This document shows, one piece after another, positions 10,230-21,393 of a stretch of DNA of 64,000 nucleotides (position 1 is the first letter of the stretch; each line of letters begins with the position of its first letter). The position numbers were made by a program, and so were the translations under genes. Where the stretch lies: positions 38,599 through 102,598 of the forward strand of contig JBALDB010000062.1 in the NCBI GenBank assembly GCA_036918135.1, in the 5' to 3' direction. The DNA comes from Nostoc sp. Lineage in GTDB: Bacteria > Cyanobacteriota > Cyanobacteriia > Cyanobacteriales > Nostocaceae. The notes under the pieces were generated by a model. The model searched no databases and was not told the DNA's origin. It worked only from the letters and a program-made list of their open reading frames with translations.

Positions 10230-11417
10230 TTAAACTCTTATGTTGTCAGCAAAGCTAATTTTCAGATAATCCTCTTCCATTTTTGCTCCTGCTGGTTGTA
10301 GTGCTGCTAAGGCTTGCGGCAAAACTAAGTTACGACGGTGATTGCCAATAGTAATATTTAATTCGTCCCCTGTTTTACTCAGTTGAACCTGACTTTTAGG
10401 AATACCAGGTAAGTAAAGTTCCAAGCTGTATTGATTTTGTTCTTGCACAACTCGAATAGTCGTTTCTTTATAATAAACCTGAGTCGGGTCTTCATCTTTA
10501 TAAAGGGTTTCTTTCAAGCGTTCTAATGCAGCTAATCCACACATTTCCTCAGAGAATAATGGAACTTCTTTCACAGGTAGAGGGTGGAAATTATCATGAA
10601 TCTCCTGACGATATTGCTCTTGACTTTGCTTCCAACGCTGAAAAAATGGGTCTTGGACTTCACTGGGAATAATCCGGTTGGCCACAACTAAATCAGTGGC
10701 AACATTATATAAACTCAAATAAGCATGGGCACGAAGAGATTCTTTAATCACCATCTTTTCGGGATTAGTCACCAGACGCACTGAGGTTTGAGTATTGTCT
10801 GTTAATACTTTTTCGAGAGCTTCGATTTGTTCGTAAAACTCGTAAGGCGCATCCATTACCTCTTTATCTGGTAATGAAAAACCAGCAATTGGTTTAAAAA
10901 TAGGTTCAACCAAAGGCCGGAGTGCTGCTGAGATATTTTGAAATGGTTTGTAAAAGCGGCGCATATACCAACCGCCGACTTCAGGTAAACTCAACAAGCG
11001 CAGTGCTGTACCAGTGGGGGCTGAGTCGATAATTAAAACATCAAACTCACCTTCGTCGTAGTGGCGTTTCATCCTTACCAAGCCAAAAATCTCATCCATA
11101 CCTGGTAAAATTGCCAATTCTTCCGCTTGTACCCCTTCTAAACCCCTTGCTTGTAAAACTTGGGTAATGTAACGTTTCACAGCACCCCAGTTTCCCTCTA
11201 ATTCTTGCAATGCATCCAATTCTGCACCCCACAAATTTGGGCGAATTTTTCGGGGTGCATGTTCCATTTCCATGTCAAAACTGTCTGCTAGGGAGTGAGC
11301 GGGATCTGTACTTAAAACCAACGTTTGATAGCCTAATTCTGCACAGCGGAGTCCAGTTGCAGCAGCAACAGATGTTTTACCTACGCCACCTTTGCCGGTC
11401 ATCAATATTACACGCAT
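10230..11417 (-). CDS. ArsA/Get3 (TRC40)-family ATPase with C-terminal Hsp20-like domain
   Basis: [24 protein letters not shown]. Confidence 0.95.
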   Translation of the reverse strand: MRVILMTGKGGVGKTSVAAATGLRCAELGYQTLVLSTDPAHSLADSFDMEMEHAPRKIRPNLWGAELDALQELEGNWGAVKRYITQVLQARGLEGVQAEELAILPGMDEIFGLVRMKRHYDEGEFDVLIIDSAPTGTALRLLSLPEVGGWYMRRFYKPFQNISAALRPLVEPIFKPIAGFSLPDKEVMDAPYEFYEQIEALEKVLTDNTQTSVRLVTNPEKMVIKESLRAHAYLSLYNVATDLVVANRIIPSEVQDPFFQRWKQSQEQYRQEIHDNFHPLPVKEVPLFSEEMCGLAALERLKETLYKDEDPTQVYYKETTIRVVQEQNQYSLELYLPGIPKSQVQLSKTGDELNITIGNHRRNLVLPQALAALQPAGAKMEEDYLKISFADNIRV

Positions 11418-11610
11418 GGATGATTCTTTCCTGCCTGAGGATTTTTAACAATTATTTACATTATCGACTGTTTAAGGAAAATAAATGCTGCTTTAGCACG
11501 TCTAGACGCTAACAGTTCAATAATGAATATGGGAAACGATCCAGCCATATAGTCTATACTGACTGCTATTTATATAGTAGTGGATTAATGAAATACGGTA
11601 GGAGGCGGTA

Positions 11611-12219
11611 ATGTCAAAACCAAAAATTCTCCAACCGGATGGAAACTATTCGTTTCGTTCATACTTTGAGTTTTTCTATGATACAGATGAAGTTTTAGCA
11701 GAGTTTGATTATGCTTTTGTGCGTAAGCGTTTGCAACTTCCGAGAACGAGTAATCAAATAGACGGACTCGATAAACTTCGACAACAACTTGAAGATACAA
11801 TTCCCTACGTTACTCTTAGCAGTGAAACCGCCAAAAGAGAAATTTTGGTTGCACCAGTCTTGAGTCGAGTAGCGGTTATTTGTAAGCGACTGCTGCGAAT
11901 TGAATACCCGTTGAAGGTAAATAATTTACTCCAAGGAAATTTGGACTATTTCATTCAATCGCAATACAACTTAGTTGTGGTTGAAGCAAAACGAGATGAT
12001 TTGACACGCGGATTTACCCAATTAGCAGTAGAAATGATTGCACTGTCGATGTTGGAAAATGTGCCAAATATAGTCTATGGTGCTGTGACGATGGGAGATG
12101 TCTGGGTATTTGGAACTTTGGATCAGAATTTACGTACTATTACACGAGATATTACATCCTATACTTTGCCAGATGATTTAGTAGAGATAGTCAAGATTTT
12201 AGTGGGAGTTTTGGAGTAA
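11611..12219 (+). CDS. Hypothetical protein, probable PD-(D/E)XK nuclease-like cyanobacterial family
   Basis: SETAKREILVAPVL...GNLDY...VVEAKRDDL..GFTQLAVEM...YGAVTMGDVWVFG. Confidence 0.7.
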   Translation: MSKPKILQPDGNYSFRSYFEFFYDTDEVLAEFDYAFVRKRLQLPRTSNQIDGLDKLRQQLEDTIPYVTLSSETAKREILVAPVLSRVAVICKRLLRIEYPLKVNNLLQGNLDYFIQSQYNLVVVEAKRDDLTRGFTQLAVEMIALSMLENVPNIVYGAVTMGDVWVFGTLDQNLRTITRDITSYTLPDDLVEIVKILVGVLE

Positions 12220-12254
12220 GCTTTATTACTAAATACATACACTTGACATAAATA

Positions 12255-12536
12255 TTACCCTAACTCCTCTGTTGGGTCTTCCTGCAATAGTAAATCGAGC
12301 TTTGTTTCTATTGCTGAAAGTTTTTTGATAATTGTCGGACGATCGCCATCAACAGAAATTAGTAAATTGGTTATTCTATCTTGTATAGTGCTTAATTGTG
12401 TCATTGCATTCTGAAGCTGGATCATTCCTTCTCTGAGTTCTTGGCGTTCCTGTCGCGCTTCAGTTATTTCATCTAACATAGCTTGGACTGTTTTAGCATT
12501 ACTCTCAATTAGATGTTTGAGTTCTTTATCAGTCAT
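12255..12536 (-). CDS. Hypothetical coiled-coil protein
   Basis: 93-aa ORF with heptad pattern; MTDKELKHLIESNAK start typical of a cyanobacterial family. Confidence 0.75.
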   Translation of the reverse strand: MTDKELKHLIESNAKTVQAMLDEITEARQERQELREGMIQLQNAMTQLSTIQDRITNLLISVDGDRPTIIKKLSAIETKLDLLLQEDPTEELG

Positions 12537-12588
12537 TGCGATCGCACTTTCAAGTTGAGTTTATTATTAATCATAAATTGTTGGTTGA

Positions 12589-13821
12589 TTACTTTTTAAA
12601 TAGTTGCCAACATTGTTGAGCGATCGCCCAGTCTTCTTGAGTATGTATTACTAATACTCTCACTGCTGAGTCGGGTGTGGCAATATCTTCATCTACAGGC
12701 TGCTGTTGATTTTTTTCTAGGTCTATTTTTAATCCCAAAAATCCCAAAGCTTCACAGCCGGCTTGGCGAATTGCTGGAGTGTTTTCACCCACGCCTGCGG
12801 TGAACACCAAAGCATTTAATCCCCCCAAACTGGTAAGCATTGCACCAATACCAGAACACAAGCGATGCACGTAGATATCCCATGCCAGTTTAGCGCGAGT
12901 GTTGCCTTGGGCGATCGCTTTTGTGACTTCACGCATATCGCTAGATACAGCCGAAATTCCTCGTAAACCAGAAGATTTATTTAAAACTTCATCTAATTTT
13001 TCTACAGAGTAATTGCAGTACTGCAACAGGTGAATCAAAATTCCCGGATCGACTGAACCAGAACGACTACCCATCATTAATCCTTCCAAAGGTGTCATTC
13101 CCATAGTGGTATCAATACTGCGACCATTTTTAATCGCTGCCAAAGAGCAACCATTGCCGAGATGACAGATAATTAATCGTAGCGATGCTAAATCTTCACC
13201 GAGAATTTGGGCAGCACGACTAGAACAATATTGGTGACTGATACCATGAAACCCGTAGCGGCGGATACCTTGCTCTATCCATTCATAGGGGCCAGGGTAA
13301 ATTGCTGCTGCATCGGGGAGAGTGCTATGAAATGCAGTATCAAAAACTGCAACTTGGGTGACTTCTCCTAAGATATTTTCAATTGCTTCTATACCTGCCA
13401 AAGCGCTTGGATTGTGTTCTGGAGCTAGATTAGCCAAACGAGCGATCGCCTTTTTGACATCCTCCGTAATTACCACACTATCTCGATAATCTTGTCCACC
13501 ATGTACTACACGATGTCCAACCATATCAATTTCTGACAAGCGATTAATTACTTTAGTAGGATCGCGAATGAGTGTATTGAGCAGATGAGTAAGGTGTGTT
13601 TGTGGAGAGTCACTAGAAATTGATTCTTGTAACTTTGCACCCGTAGCAGTTTTCACTTCAATTTCTGCCATACCGTTGTCTTGAGTCCAGTTGACTTTTC
13701 CTTCCCAAAGAGGTTGGGCTGCTTGATTGAGGAGAGCCTGATTTGGAATTTCATACAGACAACTTTTTTGGCTGCTCGAACCAGCGTTTAGCACCAATAT
13801 CTTCATAATCGGAAAAGGCAA
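12589..13821 (-). CDS. ackA: Acetate kinase
   Basis: ILVLNAGSSSQK, GHRVVHGG, VFDTAFH, CHLGNGCS, FTAGVGEN. The true start is probably at MKILVLN. Confidence 0.97.
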   Translation of the reverse strand: MPFPIMKILVLNAGSSSQKSCLYEIPNQALLNQAAQPLWEGKVNWTQDNGMAEIEVKTATGAKLQESISSDSPQTHLTHLLNTLIRDPTKVINRLSEIDMVGHRVVHGGQDYRDSVVITEDVKKAIARLANLAPEHNPSALAGIEAIENILGEVTQVAVFDTAFHSTLPDAAAIYPGPYEWIEQGIRRYGFHGISHQYCSSRAAQILGEDLASLRLIICHLGNGCSLAAIKNGRSIDTTMGMTPLEGLMMGSRSGSVDPGILIHLLQYCNYSVEKLDEVLNKSSGLRGISAVSSDMREVTKAIAQGNTRAKLAWDIYVHRLCSGIGAMLTSLGGLNALVFTAGVGENTPAIRQAGCEALGFLGLKIDLEKNQQQPVDEDIATPDSAVRVLVIHTQEDWAIAQQCWQLFKK

Positions 13822-13956
13822 CCTGCTCTAATCATGTCACAATGCTACAGTTAGTCGCGACTGCGTGCTATTGGGCATTAGACGTATTTTAAAAATAGGG
13901 AACTCTTGAGAGCTAACCGAACAAGCAGAAAGACTGAGGTGCAAGAGTGTTAATTT

Positions 13957-14067
13957 TTGCAAGACGATGCACTCACATTGCAGGTCGATGCAATCGCATT
14001 GCAGGTCGATGCACTCACATTGCATGTCGATGCACTCAGATTACAGGTTGATGCAATCACATTGCAG
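13957..14067. repeat. 21-bp tandem repeat, ~5.3 copies
   Basis: Units TTGCAAGACGATGCACTCACA, TTGCAGGTCGATGCAATCGCA, TTGCAGGTCGATGCACTCACA, TTGCATGTCGATGCACTCAGA, TTACAGGTTGATGCAATCACA, then TTGCAG. Confidence 0.95.
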
Positions 14068-14117
14068 CTTTTAGAGTAGGCAAATTCTTACCTCTTTTAA
14101 AAATGGCAAGTGGAGAA

Positions 14118-15560
14118 TTACGAATTACGAGTTACCAAAGGCCGATATTTAGGAATATTTTCTTTATCAGTAAACTTATCTGGTTGAGGACGTGGATTAA
14201 TTATTTGCTTTAAAACCTGCATGACAATATGTGGCTGGAAAACTGCGCTTGTTGGCTTGAGTAAATTCATCACTTCCAAGAAAAGCTGATGAATTTCTGG
14301 ACTGTCAGCTTGCAGCAGTAATAGTCGATCTAAATACAGCTGCGTAAATTTGCTAATCAAATTAGGTTTTCCTCCCTCGGTAGTAGACCAACGGAAGTCC
14401 TCACCTGTAGCCATCAACCAAGGTACAGAAATGGCTTTGCTTAGTTGCTTTTGAAAATATTGTGGGAAACCGATTAAATTACCATTGGATTGGTTAGATA
14501 ATTGCTTGCTCAAACATTCATCTAAAGTCAAAGCGCCCAAAGCAGCGGTAGTCATACCTTGACCGTAGACGGGATTGAAGGCACAAACGGCATCACCGAC
14601 TATTATCAAACCTTCTGGGAATTTAGAAAGTTTTTCGTAGTGACGCAGGTTATTCTCTGTACGTTTATAGGCGTAGATGGGCGAGATGGGTTGAGCATCT
14701 TTTATGGCTTCATAGATAATAGGCGATCGCAAACTTTGGGCAAAGTCTAAAAATCCGGCTTCGTCAGTTGGTGGATAATCTCGACCTACGCCAGCAAGTG
14801 TCACAATCCAACGATTACCTTCTACTGTATAAAGCACACCACTGCGAGTATCTTTTGGTGGTTTTGACGTAATCAGCAAAACTTGCCAATCTCGCTGCAA
14901 ACCCTCTGGCTGATGATACCAGCGGCTAGCATAACCTAAAAAAGAGTTGACAACTGTCTGCTGGGGTGACTTATAACCCAATTCCTCCAACCATCCAGGT
15001 GTGCGAGAATTACGACCACTGGCATCTACGACTAACTTAGCGAGTATCTCTGCTTCCGGTTCCTTACCAAACCTGACCTGTACACCTGTAATCTTAGTTT
15101 TGTTAGGGTTGCACAGCAAGTTAGTTACTTGTGCTGCTTGTACAAATTCTATCCTGTCATTAGCTGCCAAACGGCGGCGGATACTCCACTCCAAAAGATT
15201 TCGGCTAGAGCCGCAGCTGGTTAAATGAGAAGCAAAGCGTGGTGCCCAACCGTTATAACCTAGCCAAGGACAATCTGCTACTGCGTCTATAATCGGTGTG
15301 CCCCAATCAGCTAACTCCGCTATGATGCCAGGAAAAAGCTGCTCTAAAATCTGCTGACCTCTGATGAGTAAAACATGGACATGATGAGCTTGGGGTATAC
15401 CGTGACGTTGTTCGGGTTGTTCGGGAAAGCGATCGCGTTCTACAATTGTGACGCGATCGAAGTACTTGGTAAGTACTTGAGCTGTCAACAGTCCGGCAAT
15501 ACTTCCCCCAATCACAATAGCTTTGTTTTCTGTAGCTGGAGAAATTTTAAAATCCAACAT
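14118..15560 (-). CDS. FAD-dependent oxidoreductase/monooxygenase
   Basis: VIGGSIAGL, VVDASGRNS, GDAVCAFNPVYGQGMT flavoprotein fingerprints. Confidence 0.92.
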   Translation of the reverse strand: MLDFKISPATENKAIVIGGSIAGLLTAQVLTKYFDRVTIVERDRFPEQPEQRHGIPQAHHVHVLLIRGQQILEQLFPGIIAELADWGTPIIDAVADCPWLGYNGWAPRFASHLTSCGSSRNLLEWSIRRRLAANDRIEFVQAAQVTNLLCNPNKTKITGVQVRFGKEPEAEILAKLVVDASGRNSRTPGWLEELGYKSPQQTVVNSFLGYASRWYHQPEGLQRDWQVLLITSKPPKDTRSGVLYTVEGNRWIVTLAGVGRDYPPTDEAGFLDFAQSLRSPIIYEAIKDAQPISPIYAYKRTENNLRHYEKLSKFPEGLIIVGDAVCAFNPVYGQGMTTAALGALTLDECLSKQLSNQSNGNLIGFPQYFQKQLSKAISVPWLMATGEDFRWSTTEGGKPNLISKFTQLYLDRLLLLQADSPEIHQLFLEVMNLLKPTSAVFQPHIVMQVLKQIINPRPQPDKFTDKENIPKYRPLVTRNS

Positions 15561-15844
15561 TTGAGACTTAATTTAGCTTTTTGTTATGATTTTACACTTA
15601 ACATTTATTATCTTGCAGAGGTTTTTAAATTGATTTATATATAGCAATCAGATTTAATTCCTGAACTCACTTATGTATAGTGGGAATAGGGAATAGGAAG
15701 AAGGGATAGATATGTACTGAGTCTTGTTCAAAAATCTTTGGAGGAGTCCTATAGAAAATATTAAAAGTCAAAATTCAAAAGTAAAACAATAGTTTGTTTA
15801 TTACTATTGAACTTTGACTTATAAGTTTAAAGTGATTAAATTGC

Positions 15845-16312
15845 CTAAGCAGCACTATTAGTTAATAACTTTTCTAAGTTTTGCTTTTCAAGAAAATTGA
15901 GATACTGTGACACAATTTCTGGACTAAGCAATTCTATCATCAGGTGGTTCTCAATCCAAAATTCAATCACTTCAAACTGACCCCGGCTACAATGCAGTAC
16001 CCGCCATCCTTCATTAGCAGCAATTTCTTTAATTTCTTTTTCGCTAACAGGTACACTTATAGCAGCATGAACTGCATTGAATTGACTAAAATTATTATTT
16101 TCACGAAATTGAACTTGTTGTTCGCCATTACCAGGAATCAACTCAGTACCCAGTGGGTAAACTTCAATCAGAGTACCTTGTTCATCAAGAGCTAATGCTA
16201 CGTAGCTACCAGGGTTAGAAGGAAATGGAGCAGTCTTTCCGCCCAATAGTTTAGCTAAAACTTCAGCAACATGACGAGGGTTATTCGCTGGAATAGAAAT
16301 ATGGTGAATCAT
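15845..16312 (-). CDS. VOC/glyoxalase-like fold protein
   Basis: MIHHISIPANNPRHVAEVLA...IEVYP...HAAISV...IEFWIEN. Confidence 0.7.
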   Translation of the reverse strand: MIHHISIPANNPRHVAEVLAKLLGGKTAPFPSNPGSYVALALDEQGTLIEVYPLGTELIPGNGEQQVQFRENNNFSQFNAVHAAISVPVSEKEIKEIAANEGWRVLHCSRGQFEVIEFWIENHLMIELLSPEIVSQYLNFLEKQNLEKLLTNSAA

Positions 16313-16726
16313 TGGTGCTACCTCAAAATTTTAGATAATTTACAGTTATTTAGACCTTTAGTCGATAGTTAATACCGACTTGATATAGCGAGCTACTTCA
16401 ATTTTAAACTTATTTGTATAGGTAGTGAGGAGAGAGTAATAAGTAATAAATTAGCTTTTTAGAGTTGAAGACGAGTTTTTCACGTAATTTAATAGGATTA
16501 TTATATATAATAACTATTTAAAAAATAATTTTTTGAACTAATACTGATTTTTTAATAAAAGTTAGTATTAATTAAAAATTAGTTGGAGCTTCTTTTTTCT
16601 AGAAATAATCTCAAGTATTAATGACATCTATCTTTGTTAGTATTCTATTGAAACCTGTAGTAAGATTTAAAGTTTAGGAGTCTAAATTAAAACTTATAAA
16701 TTCGTGCTTATTCAAAAACTAGTTTT

Positions 16727-17542
16727 ATGATTTTAGAAAATTATCAATTTCATTATTCATTAATTAGTAAACCCGAAAAATCAATAATTATGTTTTTACA
16801 CGGCTTCATGGGTAACAGTGATGAGTTTGATGAAGCAATAAAATTACTATCTGATGAATTTTCTTATTTAACACTCGATTTACCCGGACACGGTAATACT
16901 CAAGTTTTGGGTGGAGATGAATACTATTCAATAACAAAAACTGCTGATGCAATAATTAATTTATTAGATAAATTAAAAATTAGCAAATGCTTTTTAGTTG
17001 GTTATTCAATGGGTGGAAGATTAGCTTTATATCTAGCCCTACATTTTCCAGAACGTTTCCTTAAAGTTGTTTTAGAATCAGCTTCCCCAGGTTTGGCAGC
17101 AGAAGCAGAACGATTAGAACGAATTAAGCGTGATACGCAAATAGGTAGGAAATTGACAAGAATTACTACTAAAATTGATTTTGTTGATTTTCTCTTTAAT
17201 TGGTACAGTCAGACAATTTTTGGTTATATAAAAAATCATCCACAATATGACAAGATGCTAGAAAATCGTTTGCAGAACAATCCGCAAGAATTAGATAAAT
17301 CACTGCGCTTCATGGGCACTGGATGTCAGCCTAATTTGTGGTCAAAACTAGCAGAAAATACAATTCCTATGCTTTTATTAGCTGGCGAATATGATGAAAA
17401 ATTTATATTTATAAATACAGAAATGGCTAAAATATGTAAATTTGCCCAACTAAAAATAATTAATGATGCTGGACATAATATTCACTTTGAAAACACTTTG
17501 ATATTTGTACAAATTCTGAGAGATTTTTGTAGGGTGCTTTAA
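16727..17542 (+). CDS. menH: SHCHC synthase MenH (alpha/beta hydrolase)
   Basis: FLHGFMG, DLPGHG, GYSMGGRLAL, LESASPGL, AGHNIH. Confidence 0.88.
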   Translation: MILENYQFHYSLISKPEKSIIMFLHGFMGNSDEFDEAIKLLSDEFSYLTLDLPGHGNTQVLGGDEYYSITKTADAIINLLDKLKISKCFLVGYSMGGRLALYLALHFPERFLKVVLESASPGLAAEAERLERIKRDTQIGRKLTRITTKIDFVDFLFNWYSQTIFGYIKNHPQYDKMLENRLQNNPQELDKSLRFMGTGCQPNLWSKLAENTIPMLLLAGEYDEKFIFINTEMAKICKFAQLKIINDAGHNIHFENTLIFVQILRDFCRVL

Positions 17543-18127
17543 GGACTTACAAAAGAAAAATTATCCAGAATTATTTATAATCATCGCTTCTCACCCGTAT
17601 AAGGGCGTTTCCATTAATTCGGATTTAAAGCAATCGGTAAAGAGTTCGTCTAGGAGCCTTTACCCTATAAAGGTTTCAGCCGCCAAATCGACGCATCTGT
17701 CAAAAAAATTATATATTCTTCCACCTAACGGGATAAACACTGGATGCGTAACTTAAAGGTACAAAATATTATATAAACGTTCAAGAATTAAATACTGAAT
17801 ACAAAGTTATTGAAAATACTTACTAACAGTATTTATAATACTGTGTGCTAGGCGAAAAGCAATTATTGACCTGCTTAACTGCAAGTATATTCAGGCAAAA
17901 TCATACCTTAGCCTCAAAAAAGCTCAAATTTATATACAGCAAGGCTTTTCAGACCATCTTGCCTAAAATTACTTGTATCTCGGCTCAATACCTTCTTAGG
18001 GTTTTCAGTCCGCGTTGTCTGAAGTCAAATATCTACCTAATTAACTTGTTTTCATGTCACAGACATATTAGAAAGGGCAAGAGTTGCCAAAGGCAATCCT
18101 TGCCCTCTCCAAATACACATGAAAAGA

Positions 18128-18685
18128 TTATGGACTTGTTAGTGTTATCGTTTCGACCCCATTAACTCTAGTGATACCAGTAGTAGCACATTTAGTACTA
18201 TCTGTTGTAACAAGAGTAATGGTTCTTGTCGCCATAGCATTTTTAAATATTCCGTTTATAACTGTTCCGCTCTGTACTATAACGCTACTACCAATTGGTT
18301 TTTGATTAGCAACAGGAATGAACTTTATTATACTATAATATTGCCCATTGTTCCAATAGTACGTTGTTTGAGTTGAACTTCCTTGGTTTGTCAACAGACA
18401 GGAGCTAGTTATTGTACCTGTGCTACTATCCCTACCTGATACAATCTTTGGATTACTCACCAGAGGAAGGCACGTATTCAAAATACCTTCAGAATTTATG
18501 GTAGTCTGTTGTTCCTGTAATTTCAGACCTGGAGTATAGCTTGCTGTATATGGTCCCGTACAGCTAAGTTCAACAACACCTGCATTAGCAGGCTTGTTAG
18601 CTATATTAAAATCAATACCGAGTGTAGCCGCAGCAATAGCATAAACAAGAACTGATACTCTCCGACAGGTAGATGATCCTAGCAT
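18128..18685 (-). CDS. Secreted Cys-containing beta-rich hypothetical protein
   Basis: Signal peptide ending PANA, paired Cys, Thr/Ser-rich; flanked by IS remnants. Confidence 0.75.
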   Translation of the reverse strand: MLGSSTCRRVSVLVYAIAAATLGIDFNIANKPANAGVVELSCTGPYTASYTPGLKLQEQQTTINSEGILNTCLPLVSNPKIVSGRDSSTGTITSSCLLTNQGSSTQTTYYWNNGQYYSIIKFIPVANQKPIGSSVIVQSGTVINGIFKNAMATRTITLVTTDSTKCATTGITRVNGVETITLTSP

Positions 18686-18941
18686 AATAAACCTTTGTAA
18701 GTAGTCTGATAATTTAAGCTGTTAATGGTACTAAGTGAAGATATAGCAGAAGGCAGGAGGTAAAACTATTGCTAACTCCAGTATTCACCCTTTCAAAATG
18801 TCCTAAAGAGTGTGACTACGGCTATAATTAACAGTTTTGCTTAAGTGTCGGCTACTGCTAACAATTCCCTTACTAGTAAACTTCTTAACTCAGGTAAAGT
18901 TTATAACTAAATATTTTCAATAAAAACTATCAATAGCTGGT

Positions 18942-18989
18942 TGACAGATGTTAACTAGCTGTGTGTTAACAGCTAGTTAACATCTGTCA
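18942..18989. repeat. Perfect 21-bp inverted repeat with 6-nt loop
   Basis: TGACAGATGTTAACTAGCTGT-GTGTTA-ACAGCTAGTTAACATCTGTCA. Confidence 0.95.
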
Positions 18990-19004
18990 GTAGACCGAAA
19001 ACTT

Positions 19005-19097
19005 TTGCGTTAGCGTACCCTTCGGGAAGCAAGCTACGCGCAGCGTCTCGCAGAGAAGCTCACCGTTTGCGTAGCGTCTCGCACAGAAGGTATCGCT
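19005..19097. repeat. Cluster of Nostoc small dispersed repeats
   Basis: GCG(C/T)AGCGTCTCGCA(G/C)AGAAG occurs twice and ends in GTATCGC. A related cluster (TTAGCGTAC...AAGCAAGCTA.GCGTAGCGTCT) lies at ~42532-42583. Confidence 0.7.
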
Positions 19098-19155
19098 CTT
19101 TTGTGAATACCTATCTAAGTATATTTTTGTCGAAAAGCCGTGTTTTAAAATCTCA

Positions 19156-19470
19156 GTGTTAAAGGGCTATTCAGACCTCCCTTCTCTGGAAGAGGCTTTA
19201 AATAAAGCACTCCAAAGCCGCTTGCCAACTGGTATACGACAAGGACAACAAAAAATTGCCATCGACTTTAACTTAATCCCATATTATGGTGAGCCATCAT
19301 TATTAGAAGCACCATATATTTATAGAAGTCAAGCGAAAAATGGTACTTGCTCTTTCTATGCTTATGCTACTTTGTATGTAATTAAAAAGTATAAAAGAGT
19401 AACTTTAGCTATAAAAGCTGTTCAACAACAAAACACATTGGTGGCAATTATCACTTATCTTTTAACATAA
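19156..19470 (+). pseudogene. Transposase fragment (ISH3-like, IS4 superfamily)
   Basis: IAIDFNLIPYYG...YRSQAKNGTCSFYAYATLYVI...RVTLAI includes the first catalytic Asp; truncated at both ends. Confidence 0.8.
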
Positions 19471-19890
19471 CCCTTATTCTTTAGTTAACTTCTCTCAACC
19501 AATAATATAGGGTTTCGGCGATTTGGCAAGATGCGTCGATGAACATCTGAAAGTTCCCCTTGAGAGTCAAAAGTTAACACTGGCGTTGTACAAACTTTAT
19601 AATAAGGTTAAAGGGGAAGAATGCGCTAATTACAGGTGCAATATCAGGTGTTGACCAAGCGATCGCCTTTAGACTTGCCCAACAAAAGTCTAATATCGCT
19701 TTTCAAAAAATTCTTGCATAAGTCCTATTTAGCTTCAAATCAAGCCGCCTACATCGCCGGACAAACTACTGTTTGTAAATGGGGATTGACTTTGTATGCT
19801 GATTTGGGGGAAACCCAGTCAGCTTAAGAGTTTAGCTGGCGTGCTTTCCACAATTGAATCGATACATATTGTTAGTGGAATTAGACGCCT

Positions 19891-21294
19891 ATGACTAGCA
19901 CGAGCAATCAAAACAGTTTGCTAGAAGCAGAAGCTTGGAATTTTCTAGAGAAGTCGATAATTTATTATCAGGAAAAACCCATCGGTACGATAGCCGCTTA
20001 CGATCCAAAGTTAGATGCACTCAATTATGACCAGTGTTTTCTTAGGGATTTTGTGCCTTCTGCCTTGGTGTTTCTCATGTACGGCAAAGCAGAGATTGTC
20101 CGGAACTTTTTAGTAGAAACATTGAAATTACAAAGTCATGAAAAGCAGATGGACTGCTTTGAACCGGGAGCGGGGTTAATGCCTGCGAGTTTCAAAGTAC
20201 ATTATATAGGAAGTGAGGAATTTTTGATTGCTGATTTTGGCGAACAAGCGATCGCTCGTGTTGCTCCAGTTGATTCTTGTATGTGGTGGATTCTGCTGCT
20301 ACGAGCTTATGAAAAAGCAACAGGCGATTTGGCTCTAGCGCGTCAGCCAAATTTTCAAGCAGGAATCAAGTTAATTTTAGATCTTTGTTTGGTACATCGC
20401 TTTTCCATGTACCCAACAATGTTAGTTCCCGATGGCGCGTTTATGATTGACCGTCGTCTGGGAGTTTCCGAACATCCTTTAGAAATTCAAGTATTATTTT
20501 ATGCGTCCTTAAGGGCAGCTCAAGAATTACTTTTACCAGATGGTGATGGTGATACTTATCTGAGTAAAGTCAATAGGCGATTGGGAGCTTTAAAATATCA
20601 TATCCGCAATTACTACTGGCTAAACCTAGAGCGATTGCGAGAAATTTATCGTTACAAAGGTAATGAATTTGGCAAAGAAATAGCAAATAAATTTAACATT
20701 CATTCAGAATCTATCCCCGCCTGGTTGACCGAGTGGTTACCCGAAACTGGAGGATATTTAGCCGGAAATTTGGGGCCGGGACGGATGGATTTTCGCTTTT
20801 TTAGTTTGGGAAATTTGATGGCAATCTTAGCTTCCTTAGCAAGCGAAACAGAATCTCAAAATATCATGAATTTGTTTGCGGAACGCTGGCGAGACTTGAT
20901 TGGCTATATGCCTGTCAAAATCTGCTTTCCAGCTTTAGAAGGTTTAGAGTGGAGAATTGTGACAGGATGTGACTCTAAGAATATCGCTTGGTCTTATCAC
21001 AACGGTGGTAACTGGCCTGTTTTGTTGTGGTTATTTTGCGCTGCGGCACAGAAAACAGGTAGGATAGAACTTGCTCATGAAGCGATCGCGATTGCTGAAA
21101 GTCGTTTATTTGAAGATAAATTCCCCGAATACTACGATGGCAACAATGGTCGTTTAATTGGCAAAGAAGCTAGAATTTACCAAACTTGGAGCATTGCTGG
21201 ATTGTTAGCAGCAAAACAGTTCCTCGCAAATCCAGATTACTTGGAATTAATCAGTTTTCCAGAGGGACTGGAAGGGCCTGGTTGTAGTATTTGA
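19891..21294 (+). CDS. Alkaline/neutral invertase (GH100)
   Basis: [61 protein letters not shown]. Confidence 0.96.
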   Translation: MTSTSNQNSLLEAEAWNFLEKSIIYYQEKPIGTIAAYDPKLDALNYDQCFLRDFVPSALVFLMYGKAEIVRNFLVETLKLQSHEKQMDCFEPGAGLMPASFKVHYIGSEEFLIADFGEQAIARVAPVDSCMWWILLLRAYEKATGDLALARQPNFQAGIKLILDLCLVHRFSMYPTMLVPDGAFMIDRRLGVSEHPLEIQVLFYASLRAAQELLLPDGDGDTYLSKVNRRLGALKYHIRNYYWLNLERLREIYRYKGNEFGKEIANKFNIHSESIPAWLTEWLPETGGYLAGNLGPGRMDFRFFSLGNLMAILASLASETESQNIMNLFAERWRDLIGYMPVKICFPALEGLEWRIVTGCDSKNIAWSYHNGGNWPVLLWLFCAAAQKTGRIELAHEAIAIAESRLFEDKFPEYYDGNNGRLIGKEARIYQTWSIAGLLAAKQFLANPDYLELISFPEGLEGPGCSI

Positions 21295-21393
21295 GACGAA
21301 GACGCAGGGATGGGGAGATAGTATTCAATCGTTTATTTGCTTCACCTTGTCATCTTATCTATCCAATCCCCAGTCCCCACTTCCTCTGTTTTC

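Noticed and set aside
13837..14025. Cys-rich 62-aa ORF as a metallothionein or RiPP precursor
   Set aside because: The Cys pattern comes from the 21-bp DNA repeat, an upstream unit has an in-frame stop, and there is no leader peptide or modifying enzyme.
17845..18165. 106-aa plus-strand ORF
   Set aside because: No recognisable motif; it overlaps probable IS-derived non-coding DNA and the end of the opposite-strand gene.
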